This document shows positions 39,110-49,206 of a DNA stretch of 64,000 nucleotides, piece by piece. The stretch is from a virus: positions 10,443-74,442 of the IMG/VR virus record IMGVR_UViG_3300021371_000009, one strand, 5' to 3'. Below the pieces are notes generated by a model. That model saw nothing but the letters and a program-made list of their open reading frames with translations, did not search any database and was not told where the DNA came from. A program made the position numbers and the translations under genes. Each line of letters opens with the position of its first letter. Positions within the stretch are counted from its first letter, which is position 1.

Positions 39110-42064
39110 TTAACTGCTTCGTAGGAAGATTTCGGAATCAAATGTGAAATCTAGTTTTCTACCAGGAAAGTTTACTAAGTCATCTACATTATTGACAATC
39201 TCATTCAAATGTACGATTTGCGTATTTGCATAAGTATCCCAATAATCATCATTGCTGGTGTTACTACCAGAATAATTACTTGTCAATTTAGAACTATCAT
39301 ATGTTCCTCTATATATACGACCACCGCGGTCGATTTCTCTAGTTCCTGCGCTGTATGGCGGGAACAAGAACTTGAAGCGGTCTAGTGAATACCCTGTAGG
39401 TCCGAGTTTTGCTGACCCATAGGACTCATGTAAGTGTGCATCTTCTAGACCAAGAGATGCAATTAAGTGTAGTTTCGATGATGAAGTTGCTGTTAGTACA
39501 TCTGTAGATGTGATAGTTGGTAATAGAAGTGTGACTACATTCTGTACGCTCTGTGCAACTCTAGCAATTTGGTTATAAATCTCTATTGTGTGTTTAACTG
39601 AAGTTCCTGCAGTCAATGTCTCTGCCCACGTTTCAAATGTTTGCAGTATAATAGTAATATCAGGAGTTTGGTCAGTCTTACCATGTTGGTTACCATCTGC
39701 AGTTTCATTGTTTGGTGATGCAGGTATTCTTGCACTCTCATCAAATGAAGCACCTGCGTCACGCAAGAACAATGTAATGTCTTTTAAGAATTGAGCAGTA
39801 GCATCAATGTTGGCAATAGGTGTAGCATGTGATGGGAATTGTAGAATAGGCATTACACCACCTGCTTCTGTTCCGATAACCAACTCTTCACCTCTCAAAT
39901 AATTCTTGCCTTTATTGGTGTTGACTTCTTCACTGTCTTCCATCAGAATGAAATTACCATCTTCAGTAACTATTCTAGTTTCAAACATATTTGCATGAAC
40001 AACTTCTGTAAAAATCTCTAATTCTATTTTTTGCAATCTCGCAACAGGAGTTGCAGACTTTAGAATTTCTAGTAATATTTGAAGTTCTTTAAATCTAGGT
40101 TGATTACCATTCAGTCTAAATTCAGAACCGCCCCATGCTCTGGCAGAAACAGATGTTGAAACCGAAACCTCACCAAACAGTGCAAGACCAACTGGATGAA
40201 GAATTCTCTTAACTGCATCTCTCCATACGTTGATTGAGTTACCTACTTTGATAACATATGAAAAATCTTGATAATAAAAACTGTCTTGAATACTCTTAGA
40301 ACTTTCAGATAAACGACCATCTGCACCAAAGAGAACACCTTCACTAGAAGATACTGTTCCATTCTGAGGATTAATTACAGCAGAACCAACTTGACAAACT
40401 GTTGCTGTTGCACCAGAAATTACGCCCGTTATTCTAGACCTTCTAAGACATATATCATCTTTCTCATATAAACTAGAATTTAATCTAAATGTGTCTTCAA
40501 ATGTATCTAGTTTAATCTTATACAAGTTTCTATCGGTATCTATTGATTGAATAGTCCCATTTTCAACAGTTGTGATTTCACTTAATAGTGCATCTCCAGT
40601 CTCTAGCAATATACTATCTTCATCTTGCTTTAGAAGTTTATATGGTTGACTAGTTATTGCTTCACCTGCAATAAAAGTACCTTCAATATTCTCTAATATT
40701 AAATTCTCTTGTACAATAACATCAGGAGGTGAAGTATATCCACTACCCAAGTTTGTTCTAATAACTCCAGTAATTCGACCTAGATTATTAGATAATGATT
40801 TAATTACTGCGCCAGTTCCATTTGTTGATGTCACACCAACAAGAGGAAGTCTATCATAATTCACACCTTCATTTACAATAGTTAAATCATGAATAATTCC
40901 TACATGGTCAGCATCATCTGGAATAATACGACCACCATCTTCTAATAGAAGTAAATCACCATCTTCTTTAGCAATTTCTCTCAAATCACCTGCTAAAATA
41001 CTGTGTCCGCTTTCTAGAAGAATGCCTGAACCATCTGCTTCAGATATTAATCTACCTTCGTTACGCTTTACAATTGCACTAGCATTTGCTCCCAACCCTC
41101 CATCTGTGTAAGAGAGAGGATCACCTAAAGCATAATCACGACCTCCATTTTCAATCAAATAATCTTGAATTGAACCTTTACCTACTGTGCTAATATCAAA
41201 TTGAGAAGAATTACCAATCTCTTCAGATACTACTATATCTCCGCTTTCTGTAGTAATATATCCACTATCATCTTCTTTTTCTAATCTAGGTGTTTTATTA
41301 GAAGTTACAAGAGGGTCACCAGTATTATAATAAGCACCTGAAGTAGGAATACTAATGCCTGTGATAATATTATCAACTTCACCTTCGACTATGCCTGTAT
41401 CTGTAGGTACTGAGATAATTTGTCCTGCAACAAAAATACCTGCAACTGAGTTTTGAGTGAGTGTAAGTTGATATATTGTACTAGTTCCAGATTGAAACGC
41501 AATAAAGTTTTCAATAAGACCTGTTGCTTGGTTAATGTCTGGTTGTAAAGGTACATTTTTCTGTAATATTTGTTTACCTACAATCTCACCAATGTTTGCA
41601 GTATCTCCAGTAAAGTCTTTAATATTGATAATAATATCAGAAGTAAACTGTCCATCGGATACACGCAACATATCTCGTTTTGGATAGTAAACAGAAACAT
41701 CTTCATTAAACAACATTCTAAACAAAAGAATAATAGATTTGTCTGTTCCTTTTGCTTGATAGAATTCTTTAATATTTTTTAGAAGAGTTCTCTTATCATT
41801 AAGAATGGAATCAGGAATATCTACAAGATAATTTTCTTTAAAATATGTTACAAAAGCATCTACTGTATTATCAATGTCATTATACAACTTAGCATTACGA
41901 GTTGTTTCGATGGCATTGCCATTTAATTCTAACCACTCATAGTATGCTTCAATAAAAGTGACAAATGTTGTATGGTCACTTCTGACAAATTCAGGCAATT
42001 GGTCTCCTATTATAGAAGATACCGCGCCTTTTATGTTATCAATATTTGCTTTAAGTAAAGACAT
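39110..42064 (-). CDS. gp7: Baseplate wedge initiator (gp7-like)
   Basis: QLPEFV...H..F..F..AYYEW.E, FY..KGT..S..LLFR.LF, IQDS.YYQDFSYV.K, HP.G...FGE; lies between gp6 and gp8. Confidence 0.8.
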   Translation of the reverse strand: MSLLKANIDNIKGAVSSIIGDQLPEFVRSDHTTFVTFIEAYYEWLELNGNAIETTRNAKLYNDIDNTVDAFVTYFKENYLVDIPDSILNDKRTLLKNIKEFYQAKGTDKSIILLFRMLFNEDVSVYYPKRDMLRVSDGQFTSDIIINIKDFTGDTANIGEIVGKQILQKNVPLQPDINQATGLIENFIAFQSGTSTIYQLTLTQNSVAGIFVAGQIISVPTDTGIVEGEVDNIITGISIPTSGAYYNTGDPLVTSNKTPRLEKEDDSGYITTESGDIVVSEEIGNSSQFDISTVGKGSIQDYLIENGGRDYALGDPLSYTDGGLGANASAIVKRNEGRLISEADGSGILLESGHSILAGDLREIAKEDGDLLLLEDGGRIIPDDADHVGIIHDLTIVNEGVNYDRLPLVGVTSTNGTGAVIKSLSNNLGRITGVIRTNLGSGYTSPPDVIVQENLILENIEGTFIAGEAITSQPYKLLKQDEDSILLETGDALLSEITTVENGTIQSIDTDRNLYKIKLDTFEDTFRLNSSLYEKDDICLRRSRITGVISGATATVCQVGSAVINPQNGTVSSSEGVLFGADGRLSESSKSIQDSFYYQDFSYVIKVGNSINVWRDAVKRILHPVGLALFGEVSVSTSVSARAWGGSEFRLNGNQPRFKELQILLEILKSATPVARLQKIELEIFTEVVHANMFETRIVTEDGNFILMEDSEEVNTNKGKNYLRGEELVIGTEAGGVMPILQFPSHATPIANIDATAQFLKDITLFLRDAGASFDESARIPASPNNETADGNQHGKTDQTPDITIILQTFETWAETLTAGTSVKHTIEIYNQIARVAQSVQNVVTLLLPTITSTDVLTATSSSKLHLIASLGLEDAHLHESYGSAKLGPTGYSLDRFKFLFPPYSAGTREIDRGGRIYRGTYDSSKLTSNYSGSNTSNDDYWDTYANTQIVHLNEIVNNVDDLVNFPGRKLDFTFDSEIFLRSS

Positions 42065-44025
42065 TAATATCCGCTTCCACTGCCGCTACCTGATGATCCG
42101 CTACTACCACCACTGCTTTGTACTTGAATACTTGATGCGGCACCTGCTACACCTGTACCTCCAGTTCTACTTAATTCACTAGAACTAGTAGTCTGATAAT
42201 CAACACCCGCTGAGGATTCTCCAGTTGCAATCTTATCAACGATTGTATTAACTGTGATATCTTCAGTATTGATAGTTAATAGTACATTACGAACACTTAC
42301 AATATCGTTAGAATTCAATGTCACAAAAACCTCAACTGAGTTATTATCTAAGACTGTTCCTGTAATATTCAACTGGTCAACGATTAGTTTACCTGTGCCA
42401 TAATCAATAGCACCTTGCGTATTATTAACATAAACTTTAGTTGATGAACCTTCTTCAAGATAATATGAACGAATGTTTCCATTACCATCATCATCTAAGT
42501 ACAATGTTTGAAGTCTTCCTGAAATATTAAATCCCGTTGAAGATAAGTTTGATGGTGATCCAGGTCCTTGAGTAAATATTGGATTATAGAAGTTAATAGT
42601 ATATTTACTTTCTTGATTTAAAATAGCATCAAAATTTCTCTCGCATCTAATTGTTGAAATGTTAGATATAACACCTTTATCTGCTTGGTCAATAATAGAT
42701 ACAAATTTAGAATATCTAAAAACACTATCAAAGTCTTTTAATTCTGTAGAATTGAAAGTTGTGACTGCATCACGAATAGCAGAAGAAATATCAGTCATCG
42801 TTGATGTTGTAATATTCGGATTCCAATACGCTGTGATTGTAGGAATAATATTAATATAAACAGGGTCTACAATTTCAGGTGTGATAGAAACCATAGTCTT
42901 TCCAGATAAGACAGTATTTTTAATAGCATCTTTAGTTGATGTGGTCAATGTTCTTCCTGTTTTCGGTTTGATTGACAAAAATACTTTTCCGTAAATAGGA
43001 GGGTCATTATCTTCACCACCCCAAACTTGCATAGCATCAACATTATTATATAACTTAGGAAGAATAACTTTATAGTCTTCTGCGGTCACTGCTCTTTTTT
43101 GTGCAGAGTATGATTTAGGAGCATTAAATTTTATACTCTCTATAGTTTCTCTAGGTGCACCGTTTTCAGAGTTGATGACAGTAGTAATTGTTGCGTTAGT
43201 AGAACCACCGACAGAACTTTGCAGTGTAAATGAATTTGCTCCATTAGCATCTTCTTCATTACATACAATATATTCAATAATTATGATATTACCATCTGAT
43301 AGTGATTTACCCAAAACATCATCACCAAAAGACAACTCATAGAAACCATTTTCAACAGCATCTAGAAAAAATACTTCCGAGTCGGATTTGACTTCTAAGA
43401 AGTCATCTGCTTCAACATAAGTTGATGTTGTTAAATCAGCAACAGATTCCTGAACTTTTACTTTTAGTGTAGACACATCTATGTTTCTATCATTCAATAA
43501 AAATCTTTGTGCAGGATCGGCACTATTTTTAGTATATTGAAGTGTCAGTAGTGTTCCTTCTTTCACATCGATATTGGTAAATGTATAGACACCTTCTGTA
43601 GGAATAATAGTTACATCAGAAGTTGTAACAAATTGATAGTTAGCATCATTCACACGACTTCTAAATACGGTTCCTTTAGTCATCGTCAAAGAAGATGGAT
43701 TTCCAGTAGGACTATTAATAGTTACGTTAATTCTAGCAGTTGCCGCTGTTGAAGAGCGAGGACGATATCCAAGATGTTTTGCAAGAGATATTACACTATC
43801 TCTTTTCACCGCACTGTCTAAGAACATTTCGTTTGCTACCATGTTTGCGTAAATAGCATTGTAGTGTGTATTATAAGATAGTACATCAAGCAACGTATTC
43901 ATTGCTGACCCCTCAAAATTATAATCTTTAAATTCTTCTTGAGATGATAAGTAAGATTTTAGATTAGTTTTAATATTGTTAAAATCTAACTCGGTAACTC
44001 TTAATCTGCTAGTTGTCTGTGCCAT
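42064..44025 (-). CDS. gp6: Baseplate wedge subunit
   Basis: ELDF..IK.NLK, DY.FEGS....LLDVL.YNTHY, NE.FLDSA..R, SIKFNAP..Y..Q.RAVT..DY, WGGE.N.PP.YGKVF. Confidence 0.96.
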   Translation of the reverse strand: MAQTTSRLRVTELDFNNIKTNLKSYLSSQEEFKDYNFEGSAMNTLLDVLSYNTHYNAIYANMVANEMFLDSAVKRDSVISLAKHLGYRPRSSTAATARINVTINSPTGNPSSLTMTKGTVFRSRVNDANYQFVTTSDVTIIPTEGVYTFTNIDVKEGTLLTLQYTKNSADPAQRFLLNDRNIDVSTLKVKVQESVADLTTSTYVEADDFLEVKSDSEVFFLDAVENGFYELSFGDDVLGKSLSDGNIIIIEYIVCNEEDANGANSFTLQSSVGGSTNATITTVINSENGAPRETIESIKFNAPKSYSAQKRAVTAEDYKVILPKLYNNVDAMQVWGGEDNDPPIYGKVFLSIKPKTGRTLTTSTKDAIKNTVLSGKTMVSITPEIVDPVYINIIPTITAYWNPNITTSTMTDISSAIRDAVTTFNSTELKDFDSVFRYSKFVSIIDQADKGVISNISTIRCERNFDAILNQESKYTINFYNPIFTQGPGSPSNLSSTGFNISGRLQTLYLDDDGNGNIRSYYLEEGSSTKVYVNNTQGAIDYGTGKLIVDQLNITGTVLDNNSVEVFVTLNSNDIVSVRNVLLTINTEDITVNTIVDKIATGESSAGVDYQTTSSSELSRTGGTGVAGAASSIQVQSSGGSSGSSGSGSGSGY

Positions 44026-44429
44026 TATCGTGTCCTTGTCAAGTAGGTTTCAAATACCTCTGACCCTGTAAAGTTTACAACATGAAAAAATATTCTCACT
44101 CTATATGAATTTGTATCTGCTTCATCAAATACTTGTACTTCATCAAGTCTTGCTCTTGGTTCGTGATTGTCAATAACTTCACGAATAGATTTCTCAATAA
44201 GTCTTCTAGTCATAGGTGTGTTATTTTCAAATAACAAATCAGCGATTGATGTTCCTAGATAAGGTTGAAATGGTCTTTCAAAGTATCTGGTTCGCAAAAG
44301 AGATTTCATAGATTGTTTCACTGCTTCAACGTCTGTCTTTCTCGCTACATCTGTTGTTGTAGAAAGTTTAGTGAAGTTAAAGTCTAAATCTTTAAAATCT
44401 GCTGTTTTTCTTGTTACTGTTGTTGCCAT
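44025..44429 (-). CDS. gp25: Baseplate wedge subunit / sheath initiator
   Basis: DLD.NF, AVKQS...L..T...ERPF.P..G......LFE, EPR; late promoter at 44435-44442. Confidence 0.93.
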   Translation of the reverse strand: MATTVTRKTADFKDLDFNFTKLSTTTDVARKTDVEAVKQSMKSLLRTRYFERPFQPYLGTSIADLLFENNTPMTRRLIEKSIREVIDNHEPRARLDEVQVFDEADTNSYRVRIFFHVVNFTGSEVFETYLTRTR

Positions 44430-44447
44430 ATGACTATTTATACCTGT

Positions 44448-44744
44448 TTACCCACCAGCAAATACATTCTTTGAACCAGTTGCAACTGATGTGCAAGAAG
44501 TTACACCATCTCCAACTCTACCACAACCTTTATTGTTCACAAATACTGTTGACGAACCTTTACTTATAGGTTTCGCATGAGAAGGACATGGTGCACCAGG
44601 TAGTTTATGAGTTGTATTCTTATCACCTTGTCTACTAATACCAGTACCATTACAAAACACATTGCCACTTCTTTGGTCTCTCTTAGGAATTGAACAATGT
44701 ATCACATCTTTATCAACGCTATCACCTCTACAAACTGCTGGCAT
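44448..44744 (-). CDS. PAAR-family spike tip protein (gp5.4-like)
   Basis: PAV.RGD, NVF.NG....R.GD, H, GS.TVFVN.....RVGD, GS.NVF.G. Confidence 0.9.
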   Translation of the reverse strand: MPAVCRGDSVDKDVIHCSIPKRDQRSGNVFCNGTGISRQGDKNTTHKLPGAPCPSHAKPISKGSSTVFVNNKGCGRVGDGVTSCTSVATGSKNVFAGG

Positions 44745-44941
44745 TATAATCTCTCTCTAGAAAATATCTCTTTGAACTTTGTGTGAAAAGTATCAATCAA
44801 ATCATGTTCTTCTTGCGTATGCGGTTCCGGCGGAAAGTCAGGTTCAAATCCTATCAGATTGTCAAATGACATAGGTATATCATCGATATGACGATATGTG
44901 TGAACTACACCACCAATCAGAACTTGAAACTTACCTGTCAT
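44744..44941 (-). CDS. Hypothetical protein
   Basis: 65 aa; DIP..FD.LI.F.PD.P..PH....H; translationally coupled to the PAAR gene. Confidence 0.7.
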   Translation of the reverse strand: MTGKFQVLIGGVVHTYRHIDDIPMSFDNLIGFEPDFPPEPHTQEEHDLIDTFHTKFKEIFSRERL

Positions 44942-44953
44942 CTATTTTACCCC

Positions 44954-45856
44954 CTAGTTCAAATCAATTCTAGGTGCATCAGCATCAATATGCTTACCAC
45001 CATTCAAGTCAATTGTATCAGACGCATCAACTCTAAAGTTGACACACTTAACACGAACATCTTTAGTTGATTGTATATCAATGTCATCTTCTGCTTTAAT
45101 AGTTGCTTTACCGCCTACATATATGTTATATTGACCCTTCACATGTTCGTTATGGTCTTTTTCTATTAGAACTTCTTGCACACCCTCATTCAATATTCGT
45201 ATAGAACCATCAGGATGCATCTCAATGAAACTACCTGACATATGTTGTATGTTAATTCTTTCTCCATCTGGCGTATCATCCAGTTCAATGACATGTCCAC
45301 TCTCTGTTTGATTTACTTTATTAAATGGGTATCTTGCATTATAAGGAATTGGCATAGTGTTCCAAGTACCACCATCCCATGCAATAGGATGAGCAGGATG
45401 CTTTTCAGCATCTAGAACTTCTTGCTTCTTCTTATAAAGTTTAGACCTTTTGTCGCCTCTTGCTAAACGAGAAGTATCAGGTTCATTAATCTCTACAGGA
45501 TGTGTTCCTGAAGGGTCACAGAATCCTAAATCAGTGTTTGGTCTTTCTATAGGATAACCATGAAATGAACCCATAACAACAGGTTCTTGACATTCATTAC
45601 CATCTCTAAAGAAACCTAAAACCCAAGAACCCTTTAAGAGTCCTGATGGAGAGTGACCTATTTGTGAAATAGATGCACCGGTTGTTGGCATCATTACCAT
45701 CGCCCATGGTAAATCATCTGTAGATAATGTTTCTTTATCTTCGGTATGAATACCCAAACATCTGACTTTAACTCTACCTAATTGTTCAGGATCATTGTGG
45801 TCTTCAACTACACCTTGAAACCAAGTAAATCCATCAAATCCCATAAATTTTCTCAT
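44954..45856 (-). CDS. gp5: Baseplate central spike (OB fold plus short beta-helix; no lysozyme domain)
   Basis: WF.GVVED..DP..LGRV.VR..G.H, LPWA, V.GFF.DG...Q.P, YP.N.V..TESGH..E.DDTP..ERI...H.SG. Confidence 0.92.
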   Translation of the reverse strand: MRKFMGFDGFTWFQGVVEDHNDPEQLGRVKVRCLGIHTEDKETLSTDDLPWAMVMMPTTGASISQIGHSPSGLLKGSWVLGFFRDGNECQEPVVMGSFHGYPIERPNTDLGFCDPSGTHPVEINEPDTSRLARGDKRSKLYKKKQEVLDAEKHPAHPIAWDGGTWNTMPIPYNARYPFNKVNQTESGHVIELDDTPDGERINIQHMSGSFIEMHPDGSIRILNEGVQEVLIEKDHNEHVKGQYNIYVGGKATIKAEDDIDIQSTKDVRVKCVNFRVDASDTIDLNGGKHIDADAPRIDLN

Positions 45857-45865
45857 AATCTACCT

Positions 45866-46588
45866 CTAGTTTTGTTTGAGTATAATATCAAATGCCGCTG
45901 TTACTCTTGCATTGTTTGACCGAACTGATGCACGAACATCAATATCAGACTTCTCTGGAATTACTCTAGGAACTGAAAACTCGTATAAGTATTGTCCACC
46001 TGCACCAGATACTTCAAATGAGTGACCAATTCTGAATGCATCTTGTCCAAAATAACGAACAAACATATTACCTGTTGCATCTGCGCCAGACTGAACTGTT
46101 GCAGTTCCTTTCATTAGATAACCTGTGTAACCTGCAGGAATTGTATAAATCGCCATCAGAGTTTGACCAATACCAGCAGTAATTCTTGCAACAACTGTAG
46201 ATGATACTTTAATATCGATATTCCCTACATTATCTGCACCTGAAGAAACATATGCTCTAAAGACACGAATGAATGTTACTGAATCCGTAGTTGCGTTTGC
46301 TGATGCATTTGTGAGTGTGCAAGTTGTAGAAACACTCTCGTAATTTTCGTCAAGTCCTTCGATAGTTATTACTTTGTTAGCATCACTAGCATTTGCTCTA
46401 TCTACTGTGACTGCAGATGCAGATGAGAATGATGACCATGGATACGGTGTGTCATCAATATCCCAAACTGTACCAGTTGTGTTCTGAGACATTGCAGGAA
46501 CAGCACCGAACTTGTGTATATCAGATACACCTTTGAGTAAACCTCTTGCTAGATTTATGCGCTCATCATTGAAAAAGTAGTTGCCCAT
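45866..46588 (-). CDS. Conserved phage protein, probably virion-associated
   Basis: 240 aa; KFG, I.GLD.NY, F.RVFRAYV, GQTLMAIYT.PAG, IPEKSDI; late promoter at 46615-46622. Confidence 0.6.
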   Translation of the reverse strand: MGNYFFNDERINLARGLLKGVSDIHKFGAVPAMSQNTTGTVWDIDDTPYPWSSFSSASAVTVDRANASDANKVITIEGLDENYESVSTTCTLTNASANATTDSVTFIRVFRAYVSSGADNVGNIDIKVSSTVVARITAGIGQTLMAIYTIPAGYTGYLMKGTATVQSGADATGNMFVRYFGQDAFRIGHSFEVSGAGGQYLYEFSVPRVIPEKSDIDVRASVRSNNARVTAAFDIILKQN

Positions 46589-46617
46589 AAGATGCTATTC
46601 TCTCCCTTTAGTCTTAT

Positions 46618-47004
46618 TTATACTGACAGTGTTTGGTTACTCGTTTTGAATCCTTTTTTACGCATGACAGTCTTCGCTACAAGGTCAAACTCCTGAGAGT
46701 TTCTATCATACTTTAGAACAAATGGCATATTTATATCAGTTTGCATATCTTTCAAAACTGCTTCAGCATCAGGTCCTAATTGCGGAATCTTTTTACCATG
46801 TTTGTTATAAGTTTGCTTAAACAGTCTCGTAAGTTCTGCAGTAGTAATCTGTTTCTTGTTACGTTCATCGTTTACCCTATCTAAAAAATGTCGAGTGAAT
46901 TCAACATCGATGCCGACCTTTGCAAACAACCTATCTGCAAACTTTTCTACGCCATCTAAATCACTCTTTGAAACTTGCTCTCTTAGTTCAGAAAATTTAC
47001 GCAT
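46618..47004 (-). CDS. Putative internal head protein with HFxDRxNDxRN motif
   Basis: 128 aa, basic; MRKFSELRE start resembles a capsid-targeting leader; FTRHFLDRVNDERN, KTVMRK. Confidence 0.55.
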   Translation of the reverse strand: MRKFSELREQVSKSDLDGVEKFADRLFAKVGIDVEFTRHFLDRVNDERNKKQITTAELTRLFKQTYNKHGKKIPQLGPDAEAVLKDMQTDINMPFVLKYDRNSQEFDLVAKTVMRKKGFKTSNQTLSV

Positions 47005-48385
47005 TCCATCCGTCCTTTACGATATTCATGTCTACTTTATATGTTGCAGTTTGATTTGATATAGGAGTAAACATATGTACACAGTCTCTAATCAAGTAAT
47101 GACCAGAATACTTTTTATTATAAACATCTTCAACACCTTCGACTTTTCTAATCGCAGGATAATTAAATTCTAGCAAACGTCCACACTCAATAATTGGATT
47201 ACCAGGTGCTTCGAAATTTTCTACAACTTCATCATCTAATTGTTTAACAATTTGCTTTCTCTTTAAAACGGTTCCATCAGCATATATTGTTCTAAATCCA
47301 ACTTCATCTTTTTTCATAGAATGTATTCTACTTTGTTTAGGACTTAGCATAATATTAATATCACTAGATACTGACTTATAAGGTTTATCAAAATGTGCTT
47401 GTTTTGATAATCTAACATAATCACTAAAATCATCCCAATAGTTATAAGTCTCTACTGTATAATTTTTATGAAATATATCATGTGTTATGTGCTTTGATAC
47501 AATATGTCCTGATATCAAATCTTTAGCAAGTTTTTGTCTTTCTAATATTCTAAAGTCATCTACGTTTTGTGTAGTTTCTGAACCAACCATTCCTGACTGA
47601 GGTTTGCCGTCTGACCCAACAACAGGGACTCCAGGTATCTTATATAAATAACCTTTTTTGACTTTACCACTTTTGTCTCTTTCATTTTCAACGTCTGCCA
47701 TCAAATCTGTAATAACTAAGTTTTTCTCTTTATCAAGTAATGTTGATGTAGAAACAAAATAAAACCCCCCAATACTCTCATAAAAGAAATAACCAGGAGT
47801 ATCTTTTGTCATAGATACTGCTCTATTAGTAACCCACTTAATTGCTTGACTTGGTTTCCACATAGGACAAACAAACTTTAATCCTCCAATAGAAGGTCCT
47901 GTTGCTAATCTTTTATGAGTACTTCTCAAACTACGATTGAATATATTACCTATGATAACATGTGGTTCTCCCACAAATGAAGAAGATAATACAGTATTCA
48001 TATTTCTATATCCTTCTTCACTTATGAGTTTTAATGTGAATAATTGTTTTCTTTCTTGAATGATTACATTTTCAATACCAATAACACGCATCCATATTTC
48101 ACGTTCAGTACTGCTTTCACCATCTTTTACATTATATTTAAAATGAAATATGTTTGCGCCAAGAATAGGATAATCAGGAATCATATCATTGCTGTCATTA
48201 ATCATAAGAGTTCCTGTTATGAAAGGCGTTAATACACTTTCACTCATAGAAAAACTCACATATATGCTAAGTAAATCTAAAAATTTATCAGAACCTCTAG
48301 CATCTTCAATTGTTTTTGCAGTATTAGGAAATAACTGCATTGCTTCGACTTGTACTTCACCGCCGCCTTTAACTCCGCCTGCCAT
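46997..48385 (-). CDS. Baseplate hub protein (gp27-like)
   Basis: 462 aa; ES...PFI.G...I.DS, P.W.P...I.W, .FFYE...GF.F.S, PGN....G, YSG.YLI....H; lies between gp53 and gp5. Confidence 0.7.
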   Translation of the reverse strand: MAGGVKGGGEVQVEAMQLFPNTAKTIEDARGSDKFLDLLSIYVSFSMSESVLTPFITGTLMINDSNDMIPDYPILGANIFHFKYNVKDGESSTEREIWMRVIGIENVIIQERKQLFTLKLISEEGYRNMNTVLSSSFVGEPHVIIGNIFNRSLRSTHKRLATGPSIGGLKFVCPMWKPSQAIKWVTNRAVSMTKDTPGYFFYESIGGFYFVSTSTLLDKEKNLVITDLMADVENERDKSGKVKKGYLYKIPGVPVVGSDGKPQSGMVGSETTQNVDDFRILERQKLAKDLISGHIVSKHITHDIFHKNYTVETYNYWDDFSDYVRLSKQAHFDKPYKSVSSDINIMLSPKQSRIHSMKKDEVGFRTIYADGTVLKRKQIVKQLDDEVVENFEAPGNPIIECGRLLEFNYPAIRKVEGVEDVYNKKYSGHYLIRDCVHMFTPISNQTATYKVDMNIVKDGWNA

Positions 48386-48387
48386 AA

Positions 48388-49206
48388 TTAATTTCCTATA
48401 ATTTGTTTGAATTCTTCAACAAACTCTTGTAAAAGATTTGGTCTTAAAATTTTAATTTGTCGCTTTTCTTCGTTAAGTTTTTCTTCATATAATCTGTTGG
48501 TGATAACATCACTATTGAATGTTTGTTCAGTTCCAGGACTGGTGAAGAGTTTATATGTACTTTCTGTAGTTCTAATCTTTCGATTTGTATCTCCAGATGC
48601 GGCAGGTCTTTCATAATGATGAATACCATCAGGTCCAGAATTCACAGTCCACAGTTTATATATGTTACTGTCATATGTACTCTTCGCGTGACCTTGACCA
48701 TAATTACCTGGCATATGAAAAACTGTACTACCAAATTCACTAAATGTGTGAGTGTGTGATATTCCAGTTCCATTTTGTTTATATCTATTATATTCTTTTG
48801 CTTCTTTTTCAGATAAAAATATAGGATACCAATACCCAGAACCAGTATGCATACCAGAAGTACCAGTTCCAAATAAAGCATAAGGACCATTACCTCCATA
48901 CTTTTTATTAATCATATTTTTTAATTCGCGTTCAGTTCTCGGCCAGTCTTCATAAATATCATGTATTTCATTAGTTACGAGAAAAACCCAAGCAAACTTA
49001 CTTGAGTTATAAAATTGATGTGCTAATATATCAGGTCTTTCACCCTCTTGTATATCATACAAGTCATATGAGAATGCGCTATTAGCAATTCTGCTATTTA
49101 CTTTAACTCTACGAATAATATCTTTTGTTATAATCGCTCTAGTTTGTAATTCACCTTGTTTAGTGATATCGTAGAATGTTGTTGGAAAATATTCAAAATA
49201 ACTCAT
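48388..49206 (-). CDS. gp53: Baseplate wedge subunit with an ~85-aa insertion
   Basis: MSYF..FP, Y.I.EGERPD.LA...Y.....WV.L..N.I.D....WP, IHHYE, YE..LNE.KR.IK.L.P. Confidence 0.92.
   Translation of the reverse strand: MSYFEYFPTTFYDITKQGELQTRAIITKDIIRRVKVNSRIANSAFSYDLYDIQEGERPDILAHQFYNSSKFAWVFLVTNEIHDIYEDWPRTERELKNMINKKYGGNGPYALFGTGTSGMHTGSGYWYPIFLSEKEAKEYNRYKQNGTGISHTHTFSEFGSTVFHMPGNYGQGHAKSTYDSNIYKLWTVNSGPDGIHHYERPAASGDTNRKIRTTESTYKLFTSPGTEQTFNSDVITNRLYEEKLNEEKRQIKILRPNLLQEFVEEFKQIIGN

Noticed and set aside
44954-45856. gp5 lacking a lysozyme domain as a novelty
   Set aside because: This is common among marine T4-like phages
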